NCBI GenBank assembly: GCA_965203965.1
Contig: CBDBDR010000017.1
Location: 992,001 to 1,056,000, forward strand
Length of the DNA: 64,000 bases
DNA from: Thermodesulfobacteriota bacterium
Lineage (GTDB): Bacteria > Desulfobacterota_D > UBA1144 > Nemesobacterales > JAJCZQ01
Direction of reading: 5' to 3'
Both the position numbers and the translations under genes were made by a program. Shown piece after piece: positions 28,561 through 38,691 of the stretch (position 1 is the stretch's first letter; every line of letters starts with the position of its first letter). The notes under the pieces were generated by a model that searched no databases, had not been told where the DNA came from, and saw nothing but the letters and a program-made list of their open reading frames with translations.

Positions 28561-29343
28561 ATGGCAAAGAAAAATTTTGAAGATCTTATAAAACTGGCAA
28601 AACATCTACGTGGAACTGAAGGCTGTCCATGGGATAGGGAACAGAATCTGTCGTCCATAAAAAGCTATATCATTGAAGAGGCGTATGAAGTAGTTCAAGC
28701 AATAGAGTCAGGTAACAAGGATGAAATGATTGAAGAGCTTGGGGATCTGTTATTTCAGGTGGTGTTTGCCTCTCAAATTGCAGAGGATGAAGGAAATTTT
28801 AAGATTGATGAAGTTATTGATCGGCTCCACAACAAACTGGTCAGGCGTCACCCACATGTGTTTGGTGAGGAAAGAGCAAAGGATGCCGAAGAAGCAATCA
28901 AAATGTGGCACAAGCAAAAATTGAAAGAAAAGAAAAACAAGAACAATCTGCTGGACGTGCCAAAGTCCATGCCGGCACTGTTGAGATCACAAAGAGTAGG
29001 GGAGAAAGCATCCCAGGTCGGATTTGATTGGAGTAATATTTGTGAGGTATTAGACAAAATAAAAGAAGAAGTTGCGGAAATTGAAGAAGAGTTAAAGAAA
29101 AACGACAAGCAAAAACTGGAAAAAGAATGGGGGGATCTTTTATTTGCCACCGTTAATCTGGCTCGCCATTTGAAAATTGATAGTGAATCCGCGGCGCACA
29201 GATCAGTAGAGAAATTTACAGAACGGTTTGAAAAAGTGAAAAACAAAGCAAAGCAAAAAGGAAAAACACTGATAGATATATCCCCCGGTGAAATGGATGA
29301 ATTTTGGGAAGATGTGAAAAGCAAGGAAGTAAATAATCCTTAG
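28561..29343 (+). CDS. mazG: Nucleoside triphosphate pyrophosphohydrolase
   Basis: GCPWDREQ, EEAYE, EELGDLLFQV, RRHPHVFG, two MazG domains. Confidence 0.95.
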   Translation: MAKKNFEDLIKLAKHLRGTEGCPWDREQNLSSIKSYIIEEAYEVVQAIESGNKDEMIEELGDLLFQVVFASQIAEDEGNFKIDEVIDRLHNKLVRRHPHVFGEERAKDAEEAIKMWHKQKLKEKKNKNNLLDVPKSMPALLRSQRVGEKASQVGFDWSNICEVLDKIKEEVAEIEEELKKNDKQKLEKEWGDLLFATVNLARHLKIDSESAAHRSVEKFTERFEKVKNKAKQKGKTLIDISPGEMDEFWEDVKSKEVNNP

Positions 29344-29359
29344 CGCAAGGAGCGTAATA
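29302..29359 (+). repeat. att-like direct repeat (mazG 3' end), copy 1
   Basis: 54/58 identical to 31236-31293. Confidence 0.9.
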
Positions 29360-29592
29360 CTAAAAAATACAACAAGTGATGTCTATAATAAAAGTCAAAA
29401 AATATTTCGATACTTTTTATATCACATTATATGAAGTTTCTAAATATTCTTGTTTAAGTGATTGGACAATTAATTTTCACAATATGTTAAAATATAAATT
29501 ATTGGTCACCCAAAATGGAAACCTAGCTCAAAAGAATAGGTTTAATGTATTAGAACACCTAATAGAGAGAATAGAATAACAGGTCAGTTAAA

Positions 29593-31227
29593 TTGAGAAT
29601 CAATACCAAAGATGAACCTTTAAGAGATATTCTAAGCAGTCGTAAGAAATATTTCGTCCCTAAATTTCAGAGAGACTATTCTTGGGAAAGCGAACAGTTA
29701 GAAGATTTATGGCATGATATTTATATTATGAAAGAAGATGATTATCACTACATGGGGTATTTGGTCATTCAAGAACAGGACAGAAATACTTTTAAAATTA
29801 TTGATGGCCAACAAAGACTGACGACTTTTTCATTAATGATTTTAGCTGCTATGAAAAAATTAAAAAAAGAGAATGAACAAGAACGGCAAAAAGAATTGTA
29901 TCGCGATTTCATTGGAACAAAGAACATTGAAACATTAGAAGTTGAAAACAAATTAAAACTCAATAAAAACAACGATTATTACTATGGGGAAGCTGCTGAA
30001 GGTAGAGATTTGCCTACAAGGGGGCAAAAAAGAACTGTTCATTTGATGGAAAAAAGTATAACTTACTTTTATGATCAATTCCAGTCTATGAACGCAAAAG
30101 AAATAGCAAAATTAATAGAAAAAATAAGTAGTAATCTGCTTTTTACGACCATTTACATCAGTGATGAAATCAGTGCTTATAAAGTTTTTGAAACACTTAA
30201 TTCTAGAGGAGTACAACTTTCTTCTGGAGACTTGATCAAGAATTATCTCTTTACAATCATAGATGAAAACAATACTGCCCCAGGCAATGTTATTGATAAA
30301 ATAGAAGAAAGATGGGCAAAAATAGGCGATGATATAGGAGATAAAAGTTATACCAATTATATCCTAGACGAGTGGAACAGTCGCAATGAACTCATCCGTA
30401 AAAGTGCGCTTTTTAGAGAGATCCGCAAGAAAATAAACACAAAGCAAAAAGCCGATAATTATTTGATTAAACTAACTGAATATAGCCAATTGTATAATGC
30501 TCTTAATAATAATGAAGATGAATTTTGGAAGGATCACAAAGATTATCTTGAAATAAAAAAGGACTTACATTTTCTTAAACTTTTTAATATAAAGCAACCG
30601 ACAAGCCTGTTGTTGATTAGTTACATCAAGTGGAGAGAAAAATTTTCTCAAATATTGAAGTGGATTAAAGTGCTTTCTTTGCGCTACAATGTGATTTGTA
30701 GAGAACACACGGGTGAACAGGAAATACTGTACAATAAAATTTGTTTGATGATATACAAAGATTGTAATGTCCAAAAAATTAAAGAAAAAATGTTATCTAT
30801 TTATCCTAAAGATGAAAAATTTAAGTTGGATTTTGCCGAAAAAACAATGCCTACAAAGCAAAGTAACAAAAAAGCTCGTTATCTTTTAGCAAGATTAGAA
30901 GAAGAAAAAATCAAAGGGAGTATTGATGAAACAAGCCAAACTATAGAACATATTCTTCCATTAAATCCTAAAGGTAATTGGGCTGATTTTAAAGATTTGT
31001 CATTATTTAATCAACGATTAGGAAATATGGCATTAGTGGACGAGAAAACCAATAAAAACTTGGCACAAAAAACATTCGAAGAAAAAAGGGAAATTTTAAA
31101 CAAAAAAGATTCTATTAATAACATTAGCGATTATAATGAATGGAACTTTAAATCCATAGAATCAAGACAAAAAACAATGGCTAAGTTAGCCTCTCAATTA
31201 TGGAGAATAGATAATCAAAATCACTAA
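29593..31227 (+). CDS. DUF262-DUF1524 (GmrSD-like, putative type IV restriction) protein
   Basis: VPKFQRDYSW, IIDGQQRLTT, FETLNSRG; C-terminal TIEHILP...RLGNM HNH-like motif. Confidence 0.88.
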   Translation: MRINTKDEPLRDILSSRKKYFVPKFQRDYSWESEQLEDLWHDIYIMKEDDYHYMGYLVIQEQDRNTFKIIDGQQRLTTFSLMILAAMKKLKKENEQERQKELYRDFIGTKNIETLEVENKLKLNKNNDYYYGEAAEGRDLPTRGQKRTVHLMEKSITYFYDQFQSMNAKEIAKLIEKISSNLLFTTIYISDEISAYKVFETLNSRGVQLSSGDLIKNYLFTIIDENNTAPGNVIDKIEERWAKIGDDIGDKSYTNYILDEWNSRNELIRKSALFREIRKKINTKQKADNYLIKLTEYSQLYNALNNNEDEFWKDHKDYLEIKKDLHFLKLFNIKQPTSLLLISYIKWREKFSQILKWIKVLSLRYNVICREHTGEQEILYNKICLMIYKDCNVQKIKEKMLSIYPKDEKFKLDFAEKTMPTKQSNKKARYLLARLEEEKIKGSIDETSQTIEHILPLNPKGNWADFKDLSLFNQRLGNMALVDEKTNKNLAQKTFEEKREILNKKDSINNISDYNEWNFKSIESRQKTMAKLASQLWRIDNQNH

Positions 31228-31235
31228 GGGAGTTT

Positions 31236-31293
31236 TTCTGGGAAGATGTAAAAAGCAAGGAAGTAAATAATCCTTAGTGCAATGAGCGTAATA
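31236..31293 (+). repeat. att-like direct repeat (mazG 3' end), copy 2
   Basis: Encodes FWEDVKSKEVNNP* as in mazG, with synonymous changes. Confidence 0.9.
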
Positions 31294-31416
31294 TTATTTG
31301 AGTGGATGTTCAAAAATCAAAAAAACCATCTCAACAAAGTATGAGTATGACCCAAGTTGACTGAAGTATAAATAATAGCTTTGACAAATTAGTTGGAATG
31401 AACAAGTTTTAATAAA

Positions 31417-32301
31417 GTGATGAAATATCAAATAGTAAATGGAAATTGTTTAAATGTATTTGCCGATTTAAAAAAGAACATCAAAAAAATTGATTTAACA
31501 TTCTTAGATCCTCCATTCAATCAACAAAAGAACTATAGACTTCACAACGACAATATGAATGAAAAAGAGTATTGGCAAATGATGAAATCTGTGTGTCTTC
31601 AAATATTTCAAATTACAAGTGAAGGCGGAGCCATCTACTTCATGCAGAGAGAAAAAAATACGGAATTTGTTTTAAATACACTTAGGGAAACTGGTTGGTC
31701 ATTTCAAAATCTTATTATTTGGAAGAAGAAGACTTCTGCCGTCCCTGTTCCAAATAAATTCGGCAAGCAGTATCAAGTTATTGGTTATGCCACTAAAGGC
31801 AACAAAGCACGAGTGTTCAATCGCTTGAGAATAAATCCTGAATTACCTTCAACATATAAGTATAAGAGAGAAAATGGAATATTTATAACAGATGTGTGGG
31901 ATGATATAAGGGAGCTTACTTCGGGTTTCTTCGCAGGGAATGAAGCCATACGTCACAAAAACGGCGAACGTTTCCATAAACAACAATCTCCCATTGCGTT
32001 ACTATTACGGATTATCCTAACTTCTTCTTCCGTAGGAGATACCATTCTTGATCCATTTGCAGGTACAGGAACAGCTCCTTTGGTTGCTCAACAGTTAAAG
32101 CGCAATTCCGTGGCTATAGAAGTAGATCCTGCAAATGTTGAACTTATAAAAAAGCGAATTAGCGCCGTTCAAGAATTTGATCTAATACAAAAATATTACA
32201 AAGACTATATATATACTGAAAAATTACCTGAGATTTGGGGACATAGGCTTGAGGAATTTACAAAGTCCGAGCAACAAAACACACTGTCTTTGTTCAATTA
32301 A
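31417..32301 (+). CDS. Beta-class N6/N4 DNA methyltransferase
   Basis: Motif IV FLDPPFN before motif I ILDPFAGTGT. Confidence 0.92.
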   Translation: MMKYQIVNGNCLNVFADLKKNIKKIDLTFLDPPFNQQKNYRLHNDNMNEKEYWQMMKSVCLQIFQITSEGGAIYFMQREKNTEFVLNTLRETGWSFQNLIIWKKKTSAVPVPNKFGKQYQVIGYATKGNKARVFNRLRINPELPSTYKYKRENGIFITDVWDDIRELTSGFFAGNEAIRHKNGERFHKQQSPIALLLRIILTSSSVGDTILDPFAGTGTAPLVAQQLKRNSVAIEVDPANVELIKKRISAVQEFDLIQKYYKDYIYTEKLPEIWGHRLEEFTKSEQQNTLSLFN

Positions 32302-32306
32302 AACAA

Positions 32307-33143
32307 GTGTACTCTATTTATCATTTTTATAAAAGCCTTGTTGTTAATAGGAAAACATTTTTAAAAATAAAAGCACTAGATCAATTCCCATTCGATAAAA
32401 CTTTACTTGCCAGTAGGGCTAAAGGTAAGTTCCCCGACCTATCTATTAGGTTAAATACAGATCCTAAAATCTTTACAGGTGGAGAACTCATAGAACTTAA
32501 AGACAGCAAAAGTTACACTGTGTCTTCCTTCAATTCCACTATTCCAACTGGAAAAAAACAAATAAATACCATTATCAAAGGAAAGAGCAGCATAATAAAG
32601 AAACAAATGGAAGATGCAGGAAACAAAATTAAATCTCTGCCCACTAGGGAAGTATTCTACCTTATTAGAGGAAAAAATATAAAACAGGGATCACAAAAAA
32701 TTTTACTGATACATGGCAGTTTTTTTGAAACAATCACTAAAGAAGACTTGATAAGTCAATCTTTTTTGCAGGTGTTGGAAGAAAGATCAGAAGAAACAAA
32801 TATAAACATCAAACCTGAATTGAAATCATTATTGACTTCCTTATTTTCACAACAAGAGAATTTTAGTAAAGTTCGTAACTTAGACAAAGCATCTGTAAAA
32901 TTACGTTTTCGTATAATGACTGAAGTTAAAGCAGAAGGAAATATACTAAATTCAAAGAAATATCCAGCCATTTTAGACAACACTTTAAACTTTGTTTTGC
33001 CTTATCACAGTGAGCAAGATAAAAATGTGACACTAAAGAAAATGAATATCGTATTTAGCAAAGAAGAACTGAAAGAAATAAAAGAACTTAAAATTAAGCA
33101 CCATCTCAATGGAAACTTTCTTGTATTTCAGAAACAAATATAA
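32307..33143 (+). CDS. Putative type II restriction endonuclease (PD-(D/E)xK)
   Basis: FPDL...IELKD motif; directly downstream of MTase. Confidence 0.65.
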   Translation: MYSIYHFYKSLVVNRKTFLKIKALDQFPFDKTLLASRAKGKFPDLSIRLNTDPKIFTGGELIELKDSKSYTVSSFNSTIPTGKKQINTIIKGKSSIIKKQMEDAGNKIKSLPTREVFYLIRGKNIKQGSQKILLIHGSFFETITKEDLISQSFLQVLEERSEETNINIKPELKSLLTSLFSQQENFSKVRNLDKASVKLRFRIMTEVKAEGNILNSKKYPAILDNTLNFVLPYHSEQDKNVTLKKMNIVFSKEELKEIKELKIKHHLNGNFLVFQKQI

Positions 33144-33183
33144 AAATGTCAAACAACAAAAAGCAAGAAACGCACCACTGAAA

Positions 33184-34413
33184 CTAAATATGTAACTCCT
33201 CAAAAACAGGACCCTCCGGTCTCTCCCTCGACAACTGTTCGGCGCTTTTGAACTCATCATCAAAATTTCCCTTTTCAATTAAACAGGCAAGCGCCTCCGC
33301 CGCTCCATAGGAAATCATAAGCCCCCTGCCCGTGTGTCCAAAACATTCGTAAACATTTTCAAGCCTTCGTACTTTTCCCAAATAGCCCGACCTGTCAGCC
33401 GTTTCCGCATACATTCCCGCCCAGCCCCTGATGAATTTCATATTTTCAAACGCTTTAATCCGTTTCGCAAGAGGCTCCCAAACCTGAGTTACAAAAGGAC
33501 CATCTTCACTCAAATCGTAAAAATCGTAACCGTAGTTGACGCCGAACGGCTCATCCGGGTTGGAAAAACCTATAAGAATTCCACTACCTTCACGGTGAAA
33601 ATATACATCGCTTGTGTCAATAACCATTCCAACTTTTGAAAGATTGAGTTCGGGGCATTTCACAATCTGCAACTGACGCCTGCGTGGCTTTGCCTCTTCT
33701 TCCGTAATTCCGTAAAGTGCGGAAATCTTTGGTGCCCATGCTCCCGCCGTGTTTATCAAAACACCACAAGAATAAATATTCTCGCAGGCGTTTGAACTTA
33801 AATCCCGTCCCACAAGCAGATTCTCAACAACTCCTGCCCCCTCCACTTTCCCCGCAAAAACCCTTTTCACTTCTCCATCCTCAACCTCAATTCGGCGGAC
33901 AAAATTTCTGTCCACAAATTCCACACCCCTGTATTTTGCCTCTTTTCTGTAAAACTCCCTAAGTGCATAGTGGTCAATAAATCCGGCGTCGCGCGACACG
34001 GAAAGACTCTCTATTCCTTCCGTATTAGTTACAAAATCCAGATACCGCGTGACTTTATCCACCCCGTAAATGTCAACCTTCAAACCGCACTCGTGGTAAA
34101 GCAGAAGATTTTCCCGCATTTCCACGTTGGTTTTTTCGTCGTGAAGCCAATAGTAACCGGACTGCTTGAACAAAACGATATCGGCGATTTTTTCGTAAAA
34201 CTGTATTGAGCGTGCACAAAGTTCTACATTCGCCCTTCCACGCCACGTAGCCCGAACCCCACCTGCATTCTTTAAAGAAGATGAAAACTCTCCATCAAGA
34301 TCGGGGTCAAGAACAATGATTTTTGCCTTGGGAAACCGGAGAGAAACAGAGTAAGCGCAAGCTGAACCCATTATTCCCGCGCCAATGATGAGAAAATCGC
34401 AATGTTTAACCAT
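33184..34413 (-). CDS. FAD-dependent oxidoreductase (DAO/sarcosine oxidase beta-like)
   Basis: IIGAGIMG, NAGGVR, NTAGAWA, GWAGMY, GHTGRGLM. Confidence 0.85.
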   Translation of the reverse strand: MVKHCDFLIIGAGIMGSACAYSVSLRFPKAKIIVLDPDLDGEFSSSLKNAGGVRATWRGRANVELCARSIQFYEKIADIVLFKQSGYYWLHDEKTNVEMRENLLLYHECGLKVDIYGVDKVTRYLDFVTNTEGIESLSVSRDAGFIDHYALREFYRKEAKYRGVEFVDRNFVRRIEVEDGEVKRVFAGKVEGAGVVENLLVGRDLSSNACENIYSCGVLINTAGAWAPKISALYGITEEEAKPRRRQLQIVKCPELNLSKVGMVIDTSDVYFHREGSGILIGFSNPDEPFGVNYGYDFYDLSEDGPFVTQVWEPLAKRIKAFENMKFIRGWAGMYAETADRSGYLGKVRRLENVYECFGHTGRGLMISYGAAEALACLIEKGNFDDEFKSAEQLSRERPEGPVFEELHI

Positions 34414-34587
34414 TATAGAATTATATCGGAAAAGCATTTAATCCAAAGGCAACGGTTTTGTTGTTCCACACTTTAACAAGAAACCCATCCAGAACGAAAA
34501 CATCGCTTACGGTTTATAACTAAAATACAGGAACACAATCATCTCATTTATTAAAAGAGAGGACAATAATACATAACCCAAAAAAAT

Positions 34588-35796
34588 TTAATTCTTTTCC
34601 AAAAGCATTCCCATCAATTTCCACCCTTCCTTAATATGAACACCTGTTGCTACTGCAGAGTCCTCTGTGTAGGCAAATGATCTGTTCTTTACGACCATGT
34701 CTGATGAGTCCATTATGGCAAAAGGGACGGGCTCATTCACGTGAGTTCTTACATCAATTGGGGTGGGATGATCGGACATAACAAGTATCCTATAATTTTT
34801 ATACTTTGTGATACCCTTTAGCACTCTTCCAACAACTCGTTTGTCAAAATCCTCTATCGCCTGAATTTTTAACTCTGATTTTCCAACGTGTCCCGTTTCA
34901 TCGGTTGATTCAATATGGATCATTGCCAGATCAACTTGATCTAAAGAGTTCAGAGCATAATCAACTTTACCCTCATAATTAGTATCCAAATAACCCGTGG
35001 CACCTGGAACGTCAACTACTTTCATGCCCGCATAATGCCCTATACCCTTGACCAAATCCACAGCTGAAATTACAGAACCCTTTACACTGTATAGCTCTTC
35101 AAGTGTAGGCATATTCGGTGCAGTTCCCTGACCCCAAAGCCAGATACTGTTGGCAGGATTTTTTCCCTCTTTTACCCTATTCATATTTACTGGATGATCC
35201 TTGAGGATTTGCCTTGATCTTTTGATCAACTCATTTAACTTGTCTGCACCTTCACCAACAGGAAAGTGGTTATCTACCTCTTTTCCTGATATATCATGTG
35301 GCGGGGTTGTTTTTATATCTTTATTTCCATCCTCCCAGACCAGCAAGTGTCTGTAGCTAACACCCGGGTGAAAAACCATACTAACTTCTTCAAGCTCATT
35401 TTTAACATCACTTAATATCTCATGTGCCTCATCTGTTGTAATATGACCTGCGCTGTAGTCTTCCATTATTGTCTTGCCATTTTGTTCCTTCAAGGTTACA
35501 AGGTTACATCTCAAGGTAACGTCATTCGGTTTCAGATCAACGCCAATGCTGGCAGCCTCAAGAGGAGATCTTCCCGTGTAGTAAACTACTGGGTCATATC
35601 CAAGAACGGCAAGATTGCCAACGTCACTGCCAGGTGGGAGATTGTCCGGAATTGTCTTAGCCATGCCAAAAGTTTCGGAAACTTGAGCAATAAAATCCAA
35701 ATTGGACGTATTTGCAACTTCAAGCGGAGTTTTATTTCCCAACTCAGGCAGCTTATGATCAGGCATGCCATCGCCTTGGAGGATTATGTATTTCAT
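34588..35796 (-). CDS. apgM: Cofactor-independent phosphoglycerate mutase (ApgM family)
   Basis: GDGMPD, KTPLE.A, PGSDV, YTGRSPLEA, DETGH, SDHPTP. Confidence 0.92.
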   Translation of the reverse strand: MKYIILQGDGMPDHKLPELGNKTPLEVANTSNLDFIAQVSETFGMAKTIPDNLPPGSDVGNLAVLGYDPVVYYTGRSPLEAASIGVDLKPNDVTLRCNLVTLKEQNGKTIMEDYSAGHITTDEAHEILSDVKNELEEVSMVFHPGVSYRHLLVWEDGNKDIKTTPPHDISGKEVDNHFPVGEGADKLNELIKRSRQILKDHPVNMNRVKEGKNPANSIWLWGQGTAPNMPTLEELYSVKGSVISAVDLVKGIGHYAGMKVVDVPGATGYLDTNYEGKVDYALNSLDQVDLAMIHIESTDETGHVGKSELKIQAIEDFDKRVVGRVLKGITKYKNYRILVMSDHPTPIDVRTHVNEPVPFAIMDSSDMVVKNRSFAYTEDSAVATGVHIKEGWKLMGMLLEKN

Positions 35797-35941
35797 GTCG
35801 GTAAGAGATTAAATATTCTTAGTGAATAAGCAAGGGTAGACATAAAGTATTAGTTGTTCTTCAACACTAAATTGATGTAATTTGAATTTTTGAATAGAAT
35901 TTTAACTCTAAAATATATTTTATCGGTAATTTGACGACCTC

Positions 35942-37336
35942 ATGCTAACAAAAGAACAAATTAGTTACTACAAAAAACAGAACAACGGGAAATTACCGAG
36001 TTTTATTAAAGGTGGTTCTGACAACAAAAGTATTCTTTTTATCCTAAAAAACCTTGGATACCTTCCTCAAAATTTTGATGATAGTTGGGTAATCCCCTTA
36101 TTACAAAACAGTAATCAAAAAATACGTTTTTGGTCAGTAAAAACATTGGGAAAGACGAAAAAAACAGAAAATATAGAAATACTAAAAAGAATAGCATTAC
36201 AAGATGAATCAACTGAGATTAGAAGAGAAGCAGTTTCATCAATAGGAAGATTAAAAACAGAGGGAATTATCCCTGTTCTAATTGAATTTCTAAATGACGA
36301 TGATCCTAAAATCATTTTACAAGCAATCAGAGGACTTTTGCCCTTTAAAAAATATGAGGAGGTAAGCAATGAATTTAAATCTTTACGAGGTCATCCAAAT
36401 GAGATAATTCAAAAGGTAATTGAAAAGGAATGTTTTGGATACTCTGTATCTAATAAAAAAAATACCTTTAACCAAACACATAAGGACTCTCATAATTTTT
36501 TGAGAAATGCAATAGTTCTCGGTGACGTTAGAGAAATACTAAATTATGTTCCAGATGAGAGTTTTCATCTTACTTTTACTTCACCACCTTACTATAATGC
36601 GAGAGACTATTCAATTTATAAAAGCTATCAGGAGTATTTAGATTTTCTTGAAGAGGTTTTTGATCTTACCTATCAGAAGACAAAAGAAGGTCGTTTTCTG
36701 GTAGTCAACACTTCACCTGTTATTATTCCGAGGGTTAGTCGTCAACATTCTAGCAAAAGGTATCCTATTCCTTTCGATATTCATGCCTTTCTAGTCAAAA
36801 TAGGATGGGAATTTATTGATGATATAGTGTGGAAAAAGCCAGAAACAAGTGTAAAGAATAGAAATGCAGGATTTTTACAACATCGTAAACCACTGGGATA
36901 TAAACCAAATCCAGTTACTGAATATCTTATGGTCTACAGAAAAAAGAGTGATAGATTGATAGATTGGAATATACATCAATATGATAGGAAAACCGTTAGT
37001 GAAAGTAAAGTTGAGGATGGTTATGAAACCTCAAACGTCTGGAATATAGACCCAAAATATGACAAAGTTCACTCGGCTGTGTTTCCCATTGAGTTGTGCA
37101 ACAAAATTATAAAGTATTACTCATTCAAAGGAGATCTAGTTTTTGACCCTTTTGCTGGTAGTGGAACATTCGGTAAATCAGCAAAAAATCTTGGTAGATA
37201 TTTCTTCCTCACAGAAAAAGAACTCAAGTATTTTAATTATATGAAAACGTTTCTCGCCCAAAAAAATATGTTTGAAGAAGAAAAAAAAAGCCGTTTTGTA
37301 ACGCTTAACGAATATAAAAATATTGCAAACAAATGA
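35942..37336 (+). CDS. N4-cytosine DNA methyltransferase with N-terminal HEAT-like repeats
   Basis: IRFWSVKTLG / IRREAVSSIG / IILQAIRGL repeats; FTSPPYY; HSAVFP; VFDPFAGSGT. Confidence 0.9.
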   Translation: MLTKEQISYYKKQNNGKLPSFIKGGSDNKSILFILKNLGYLPQNFDDSWVIPLLQNSNQKIRFWSVKTLGKTKKTENIEILKRIALQDESTEIRREAVSSIGRLKTEGIIPVLIEFLNDDDPKIILQAIRGLLPFKKYEEVSNEFKSLRGHPNEIIQKVIEKECFGYSVSNKKNTFNQTHKDSHNFLRNAIVLGDVREILNYVPDESFHLTFTSPPYYNARDYSIYKSYQEYLDFLEEVFDLTYQKTKEGRFLVVNTSPVIIPRVSRQHSSKRYPIPFDIHAFLVKIGWEFIDDIVWKKPETSVKNRNAGFLQHRKPLGYKPNPVTEYLMVYRKKSDRLIDWNIHQYDRKTVSESKVEDGYETSNVWNIDPKYDKVHSAVFPIELCNKIIKYYSFKGDLVFDPFAGSGTFGKSAKNLGRYFFLTEKELKYFNYMKTFLAQKNMFEEEKKSRFVTLNEYKNIANK

Positions 37337-38247
37337 CACTTACAGAACAGGTAGTAAAAACCATTATCAGAAAACTTCTCAAGGGTGAGGATTACAGAAT
37401 AGAAATCGTCACCCTCATAAACACCGAATTTCTGCAATTTGCAATAGAGTTCTTCAAGAAAATCATCAATGCAAAATTAAATAATCAAGGTGTAACCGTT
37501 GATTGGTATAAAAAAGAGTTTCTTTACCCAGAACTTCCAAAAGAAGACATAGCAATAAATTCCGGACTAAATATGAAAACCATCAGTAACATGTTTAATT
37601 CGGGAAGAAAAGAGGTAGTAATAGATGCATCAAACGATCATTATGATGCTTTGTATGAATCAATCAAAAGTCTTGTAAACAATTCAGAAGAAGACCTTGA
37701 ATTAACACTGACTCTGAAGTTTCAAGGTGTGAGTGTAGATTTGAATGTAAGCGAGACTTTGATAGTTATTAACACACTTGCCGTTAAGAGAGCTGCATTA
37801 AGAGGTGGCTTATGGAGCACTGCAGGAAAAAGAGTTGAAAAACCTCTTATGGAAACATTATGCAAACTGTATGGAGTTTCCAATGATAATTGGAAATCTG
37901 AATTGAAGGAATTAGGGGAAAAGGGAGATTTCACTCGCGAGATTGATTTTTACCTAACGGAAGATGGATCAAATTACAAATGTGAAGTAAAACTGATGGG
38001 AAAAGGTAATCCTGAAAGTGCAGATGCAGTTATTGCAAGAGGTAGCAAAGTTTTTATTGCTGATAAACTGTCTAATACTAACAAGAGACAGCTTAACAGT
38101 TTGGGTGTGGAATGGGTTGAGTTGAGAACTACTGGAGGTTTTCAAAGATTTGAAACAGTCCTGGAAAATCTTGAAATACCTTTTACAGGCATTAACTTGA
38201 AAACCATCGAACCTGATATTGAAAAAATATTTGATCAGATTTTTTAG
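37333..38247 (+). CDS. CfrBI-family type II restriction endonuclease
   Basis: LLKGEDYR.E...LIN..FLQFAIEFFKK, LRGGLWSTAGKRVEKPLM, REIDFYL...CEVKLMGKGNPESADA; ATGA overlap with MTase. Confidence 0.8.
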   Translation: MTLTEQVVKTIIRKLLKGEDYRIEIVTLINTEFLQFAIEFFKKIINAKLNNQGVTVDWYKKEFLYPELPKEDIAINSGLNMKTISNMFNSGRKEVVIDASNDHYDALYESIKSLVNNSEEDLELTLTLKFQGVSVDLNVSETLIVINTLAVKRAALRGGLWSTAGKRVEKPLMETLCKLYGVSNDNWKSELKELGEKGDFTREIDFYLTEDGSNYKCEVKLMGKGNPESADAVIARGSKVFIADKLSNTNKRQLNSLGVEWVELRTTGGFQRFETVLENLEIPFTGINLKTIEPDIEKIFDQIF

Positions 38248-38313
38248 AAAAAATGATTAGTAGTTACTCCACGTTATGTTGTTTAGTATAAAATTACTGA
38301 TTACACAAACATA

Positions 38314-38691
38314 TCACAGCAGATCAATTGCATACTTTTTTAGATCTTCCAAAGAAAGAACTTTAAGTGCTGATTCATGAGTTGACTGAAGATACACGCA
38401 AGGAGCTTTACCCACCTCCAAAGCCTCCTGCCAACGCATTGAACACAAGCACCACCTGTCACCTGCTTTCAATCCGGGAAAATTAAACTCAGGTTTTGGC
38501 GTAGACAGATCATTGCCTCTGTTTTTTGAAAATTCTAAAAACTCACCTGTAATCTCCACGCATACAACATGGCGCCCAAGATCCTGATCACTCGTTCTGC
38601 AACAACCATCTCTGAAAAAACCTGTCATTGGTTTGGTGCTGCATGTAGTCAACTCACCACCCAGTACGTTTTTTTCTTTATAACTCTTCAT
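38314..38691 (-). CDS. DUF2237 family protein
   Basis: NVLGG.L..CS..PMTGFFRDGCC, GNDLSTP, GDRWCLC. Confidence 0.9.
   Translation of the reverse strand: MKSYKEKNVLGGELTTCSTKPMTGFFRDGCCRTSDQDLGRHVVCVEITGEFLEFSKNRGNDLSTPKPEFNFPGLKAGDRWCLCSMRWQEALEVGKAPCVYLQSTHESALKVLSLEDLKKYAIDLL

Noticed and set aside
29302..33143. Integron cassette array
   Set aside because: The repeat is a mazG duplication, lacks attC RYYYAAC/GTTRRRY palindromy, and no integrase is present.
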